A stretch of DNA of 64,000 nucleotides, from the NCBI GenBank assembly GCA_016618085.1, contig JABLTG010000043.1, positions 1 to 64,000 on the forward strand, in the 5' to 3' direction. The notes beneath the pieces were generated by a model. It had not been told where the DNA came from. It saw only the letters and a program-made list of their open reading frames with translations, and ran no database searches. This DNA comes from Neovahlkampfia damariscottae. Taxonomy: Eukaryota. This document shows, piece by piece, positions 58,866 through 64,000 of the stretch. How positions within the stretch are numbered: the first letter of the stretch is position 1; the number at the start of each line of letters is the position of its first letter. Position numbers and translations under genes: made by a program.

Positions 58866-61055
58866 TTATTTTTTTTTATCACTTTTGTAATAATATTCCT
58901 TGAAAAATTCAAATATTTTTGAAAAAGTCTTTGTCCAATATTCTCTATTTACAAACATACTTTCCTTTTTTACAATTTCTATTTTTTTTATTGACATTGT
59001 TGAGTTGGTAATGAAAATGAAATAATTATTTTTAAGTTTGCATGGACTATTGTTTGCTTTTATTTGTTCTTGTTCAAAAGAATCACCGGACTTTCCACTT
59101 AAAGATACTTGTCCATCAATAGTGGTTTTGAGTTTGCATTGAATTCTAAATAAACTTGAATCATGAGGAAAAATAATTAAAGAGTCTTGTAAGTCTTTTT
59201 TCCCAATATAAAGGGCAATAAAATCATTAGATATGTCAGAAGTATCAATGGATCTCCTCAAGACAACTTTGGTGAGATCTTTCACTTCTGAAGTTTGACA
59301 AAATTCGATTTCCATTTCAGATTTAAAAGTTAATTTTCTTTTTTTTAATAAATTATTCATATACATTCCTTTGAAAAATTGTTCAAATGAACTTGATTCT
59401 ATTTTACATTTTTGATAAAGAAATGATTTAAATGAATAAAAATATAATGGAAATTGTTCAAAATCACTTGGTTGAATATTTCCTTTAATTGATTTTGATA
59501 TCATATTTTTAAAATCATTCCATTTTGATCCCATTCTATCTAATATTATTTCAAAAAAAATTAAAGGAATAAAAATAGATTTGTTTTTAAGTTCAAATAA
59601 ACACCCTTGTTCAACTAATGACTTTATCATTTTTTTTATTCCATATGAACTATAGTCATCAATTTTCCATTGTTCTAAAACTCCAAGAAGTATAAAATAT
59701 TCATATTTATCATATTGATGTAATTTATAAATTGATTTTGTTGTTTCTATCATATTTTCATGAACTTTATCAATAGAATCATATTGAATTAATGTCATTG
59801 CTAAATATTGTAATAATCTAAACACTCCTCCCAATGATGATATATAATTTTTCCATGATTGTAAATTAAAATCAATTTTTTTATTTTTGATATAATCAGA
59901 AATTATTTTAACAATAGTTTTATAATCAAGATTATCTCCAATTTCTAAATGAATTGAATTTAATCGATAAGATGTTGATGGTAAAACTAATTCTATTGGA
60001 GTATCTGAAGTGCCACTAACAATTGGAATAATAAATGTATTATGATCCATTTCAGATAAAACTAAATCCATTAACTTTTTGGTGTATTTATAAATAATAG
60101 TTTTATGTTTTTTATCAGATAATGTAGGATTATTTAAAAATTCCTGATATAAATCATCATCTAATGCAACATTTTGAATTTCATCAACTCTCCATAAAAT
60201 TGTTAATTCATCATCTTGATTTAAATTTAAATCTTTTTTAATTTTCAACATTATTTCACTTGGTTCCATATCTTTATCAAAAAAAGGTTTAATATCTTTA
60301 ACATTAATAAAATCACGCATTTCTTTTTTCCATAATTGAGATAATAAACAACAAGATAAATGAAAATCAACAGTTTCATTTGACTTAATTTGATTTCCAT
60401 TACTTTCTTTAATGAATATTTCGATAAAATGATTTCCTAAAATTCTTTTTTTAAAATTTGAAAATATTTCCTTGGATTCTTTTTCAATTTCTTTTGATTG
60501 AAAACTTTTTAAAATTTCTTTTATTGTAACAATACAAAAATTTTCATTTTTTAAAACATAATTTTTGAGAATATTCCAAATTTCAAAACTAAAACGACTT
60601 TTTCCAATTCCACTTCCACCAATAATTGAATTAACTTTCCATTGTTGATGTAATTTAATTTTCTTTGAAAATAAAATAAAATTTGATAAAATAGATTTCA
60701 TAATTTTCTCTTCACTTTCTTTTCTTTGAACATAATCAAAAATAAAACCTTCAGAAGCATATATTGACTTGTTTTCAATTTTTTTTTTTTTGAATTCTTC
60801 CAAATTTATTTCTTCTCTTTTTCTTTTGACTCCACGATTTTCCTATTTTTTTTTAAATAAAAGCTTCTTTACCTTAATTTTGGAAAAACTGTTGAAATAA
60901 CGAATTCCATCAAATCCAAAATACTTTTCTAAATCTTCTTTTGTTAAGTCCAAAATTTGTTGAGCTGAATAATTTTTAAATTTTTCTTTGTCTTCTTCAT
61001 CAATTTCGTTCAAAAGTTTTGTTTTAAGCTCTTCCTCTGTTTCTTCTGTCTCCAT
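58866..61055 (-). CDS. Crinkler/RHS (CR)-type protein: helical (SAM-like) header + P-loop NTPase + restriction-endonuclease-fold domain
   Basis: ILDLTKEDLEKYFGFDGIRYFN header; intron 60843-60872; IIGGSGIGKSRF (Walker A), WRVDEIQ (Walker B); DFEQF...DSLII...RIQCK. Confidence 0.7.
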
Positions 61056-61272
61056 TTTGTCTTTTTGAGGCTTTTCTATTTTTTTATCCGAAGAATTTTG
61101 AAGTCCGTATTGATCTCGGATTTTAATTGATTTGAAAAAAACAATAAATTGATTGGTTAAATTTACAACATTGAAAAAAAATTTATAATGAAACACTGAC
61201 AAAATATAAAATGGAAAATACTTAAAGATTTAAAAATATAATAGTACATAATAAAAAGAACAAAAAAGAATA

Positions 61273-61777
61273 ATGGTTATTGATTTTTCAAAAGCAAAAA
61301 TTTATAAAATAGTTTGTAATACAACAAAATTGGTATATGTGGGAGCAACATGTGAGCCTAGATTATCTCAAAGATTATCAAAACATTTATCTAATTTTAA
61401 ATGTTTCAAAAACAGAAAATATCATGTCACAAGTTTCAAAGTTCTTGAAAATAATAATTATTCAATAATTTTACTTGAAAGTGTTCCACAATGCACAAAT
61501 AAAGATCAATTAAAACAATACGAACGTAAATGGATTGAACAAATAGATTGCATAAATAAGTGTGTCGAAGGTCACACATCTAAAGAATATCGAGAAAATA
61601 ATAAAGAAAAATATAAACAATTATCAAAACAATATTATCAAAAAAAACAATGATAAAATTAAAGAATATCAAAAACAAAAATATAACTGCTTATGTGGAG
61701 GAAAATATGTAAATAGTCATAAAGCAGAGCATAAAAGAACAAAAAAACATCAACAATTTATTAATCAAAATGATTAG
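61273..61777 (+). pseudogene. GIY-YIG endonuclease with C-terminal C2H2-like finger, frameshifted at a poly-A run
   Basis: KIYKIVC...VYVGATC...LSQRLSKH...ERKWIE; YNCLCGGKY...HKRTKKH lies in another frame. Confidence 0.8.
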
Positions 61778-61833
61778 CAATATTATTTATATTATTTAAC
61801 TAAAATAATATTAATTTTTATTATAAATTTATA

Positions 61834-62772
61834 ATGTCAAAATTGTCTGAAAATATCAGAAAAAGATTAAATATAAATGAAAAAGAGTTAAAACATGTTT
61901 GAGATTTAATGGAACAACCAAAAAAAGACAAGTCAATGAATACTCCACATCATATAGCAAATGAAAGAGATTCAATTCATCAGTTAGATTTATTATTTCT
62001 TCCACACGATAACAAGCAAAAATATATATTAACAGTAATTGATGTATTTTCAAGACACGCAGATGCTGAACCAGTCTTAACTAAAACACTGAATAAAATA
62101 GTAGAAGCATTAAAAAAGATATATCAAAGAAATTATTTGAATATTCCAAAACACTTTTTGCAAGTTGATAGTGACTCAGAATTTAAAGGTGTATTTAATA
62201 AATTTGCAAAAGATAATAAAATTGGAATTCGTCGCTCATTGCCTAACTGTCATAGAACACAAGCAGTAGTTGAAAGTTTTAACAGTATTCTTGGTAAAAT
62301 TATATTCGAGTTACAAACCATTGAAGAATTAAAAACTAAACAAACCAATAGAAAATGGACAGCAAATTTACCTCTAATTGTTGAAGAATACAACAAACAA
62401 ATTGAGGAAAAGAAACCAAGAAAACCAGAAAAAAAACTAGCAAAATGTCAAGGAGTTGCTTGTAAATTATTAGAAACTGGTGATAAAGTAAGAGTTGCTT
62501 TGGATTTTCCAATAGATCTAGCAACTGGAAAAAAACTTGATACAAAATTTAGAAAAACAGATATTAGATGGAGTGAAGAACTCCACGAAATTGAAAATAT
62601 AATATTAGCACCAAATCAGCCACCATTATATCAATTAAAAGGAATTCCAGCAAATTATACAAAAAATCAATTAAGAAAGGTAGAAACACCAAAAGTCGAA
62701 CGAAAGATGGTCAAAAATATATTGGTTCAACAATTGTTAAAACAAGAAAAAAAAATATATAGATTTTTTTAA
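61834..62772 (+). CDS. Retroviral-like (rve) DDE integrase, Polinton/Mavirus type; 5' part disrupted
   Basis: HQLDL, YILTVIDVFSR, QVDSDSEF, VVESFN, GDKVRV, RWSEE; the reading frame from ATG 61834 is interrupted before 61909. Confidence 0.85.
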
Positions 62773-62818
62773 ATATAAAAACTACTTAAAAAAATATCTC
62801 AATATTAATATATAGAAA

Positions 62819-64000
62819 ATGTTATTAAAAGATATTAAATTTGTTAAAGAAGATTTATTGAGTTATGAAGAATTAAAAAAAGTCATTACAGAAAAAATTA
62901 TATTTAATAAAACAAAAATAATATCCACAAAATTGAATAAAACATTAATAATTCAAGGAAATGAATTTTATTTGTATGACAGAAAATTAAAGTTGTATAA
63001 AAAGCAAACGTATAAAGATAAGGAACAATGCAATAACGGAGTAATTTATATTGTATCTTTGTTGATAAAAGAATCTTATGAAAATTTAGAACAAGTTTCT
63101 AAAGACAATCTGGAAACTTATAAAAAAGGTTTTGAAGCGATTTTCCAAAATGGAAGTATTTTAAAGTATTTTCCTCAATTGAAGGTTGAATTAACAAATA
63201 GAAAGAATTTTGATAAACAGTATATAAATGAAATTCACTTTTTGAATGGATATTTTGATTTAAAAAACGGAGAATTTAAAGAAAGAGAAGAATATTGCAG
63301 AATTACAGATTGTATTAACAGAAATTACAAAAAACCAAAAAAAGATTCAATGAAAAAAGTGAAAGAATTAATGAGTATAATATATCCAAATGAAGATGAT
63401 AAAAATTATTTAATGATGACTATAGCAACAGCATTATGTGGAATTGCAACAATGGATCAGTCAATTTTGTTTCTTTTGGGTAAAGGATCATCAAGAAAAT
63501 CAACTGTAATGAAAATGTTAAAAAATTCAATTGGAATGTATTTTGTAGAATTAAAATCTGATACTTTTGTGATGGGAAATTAAAAAGCTAACAAAATATT
63601 AAATACCTTATTAGAAAAACCACACGCAAGGCTAATATGGGTGAATGAGTTAGCAGATAAAAAAATTGATAATTTATTATTTAAATCTGTATGTGAAGGA
63701 ACAGCACAAACCACAAGATTATTTCAAGATGGAATTATAGAAATCCAAATGAATTCTTTAATTATGATTACAGCAAATACATTTCCAAGCATTAAAATAG
63801 ATTCTGGAGTTATTCACCATATTAAATCACATACTCATATGTCAGAATTTGTTGATGAAGAAAATAAAATGGACAAAGAAAATAATATTTATTTGAAAGA
63901 CAAATATTTAGAAGAAAAAATGAGAGATATTGAGATGTCAAATGCATTTTTAAAATATATTGCAAATTATGCAAAGAAATATTACAAAGGAATAAGATAT
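62819..64000 (+). pseudogene. D5-like superfamily 3 helicase with an in-frame stop
   Basis: IHFLNGYFDLKNGEF, FLLGKGSSRKST (altered Walker A), TAA at 63581-63583, then ARLIWVNEL (Walker B) and TANTFP in the same frame. Confidence 0.85.

Larger units (their letters stand above)
61200..64000 (+). mobile_element. Decaying Polinton/virophage-like endogenous viral element (runs off the window)
   Basis: Co-oriented, intron-less, extremely A-rich GIY-YIG, rve integrase and D5-like helicase genes. Confidence 0.85.

Noticed and set aside
61273..64000. Alternative genetic code or programmed readthrough in the viral element
   Set aside because: Stops co-occur with a frameshift and an altered Walker A, which fits decay or assembly error. 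Host genes end in TAA, TAG and TGA normally.
1..64000. CRISPR arrays, tRNA or rRNA genes
   Set aside because: No repeat-spacer array, cloverleaf or rRNA-like sequence was recognised.

Overview
Very AT-rich, gene-dense eukaryotic DNA with many short (~28-45 nt) spliceosomal introns, so most genes are split across several ORFs of the track. The gene content (RGS, 7TM-RGS and RGS-START proteins, a divergent G-alpha, DUF4116 repeats, RWP-RK family, bacterial-type kinase-ATPase-GAF-cyclase) suggests a heterolobosean/discoban protist (inference). About 40 host genes are present, plus an SRP (7SL) RNA gene at 4190-4490(-) read from its fold. The left end holds a decayed Fanzor/TnpB element. The right end holds an intron-less, decaying Polinton/virophage-like element (GIY-YIG, rve integrase, D5-like SF3 helicase) next to a Crinkler-type NTPase-REase gene. 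Notable items: a tandem pair of DUF4145/HEPN-like + winged-helix(+RRM) genes, five small RWP-RK genes with a variant RWPYH motif, an ARID-SAP30 fusion, a membrane-anchored PstS-like protein, a divergent AdoHcyase-like enzyme, a GC-AG intron and a 9-nt microexon. All family assignments come from motif recognition by eye; no searches were run and multi-exon boundaries are approximate.
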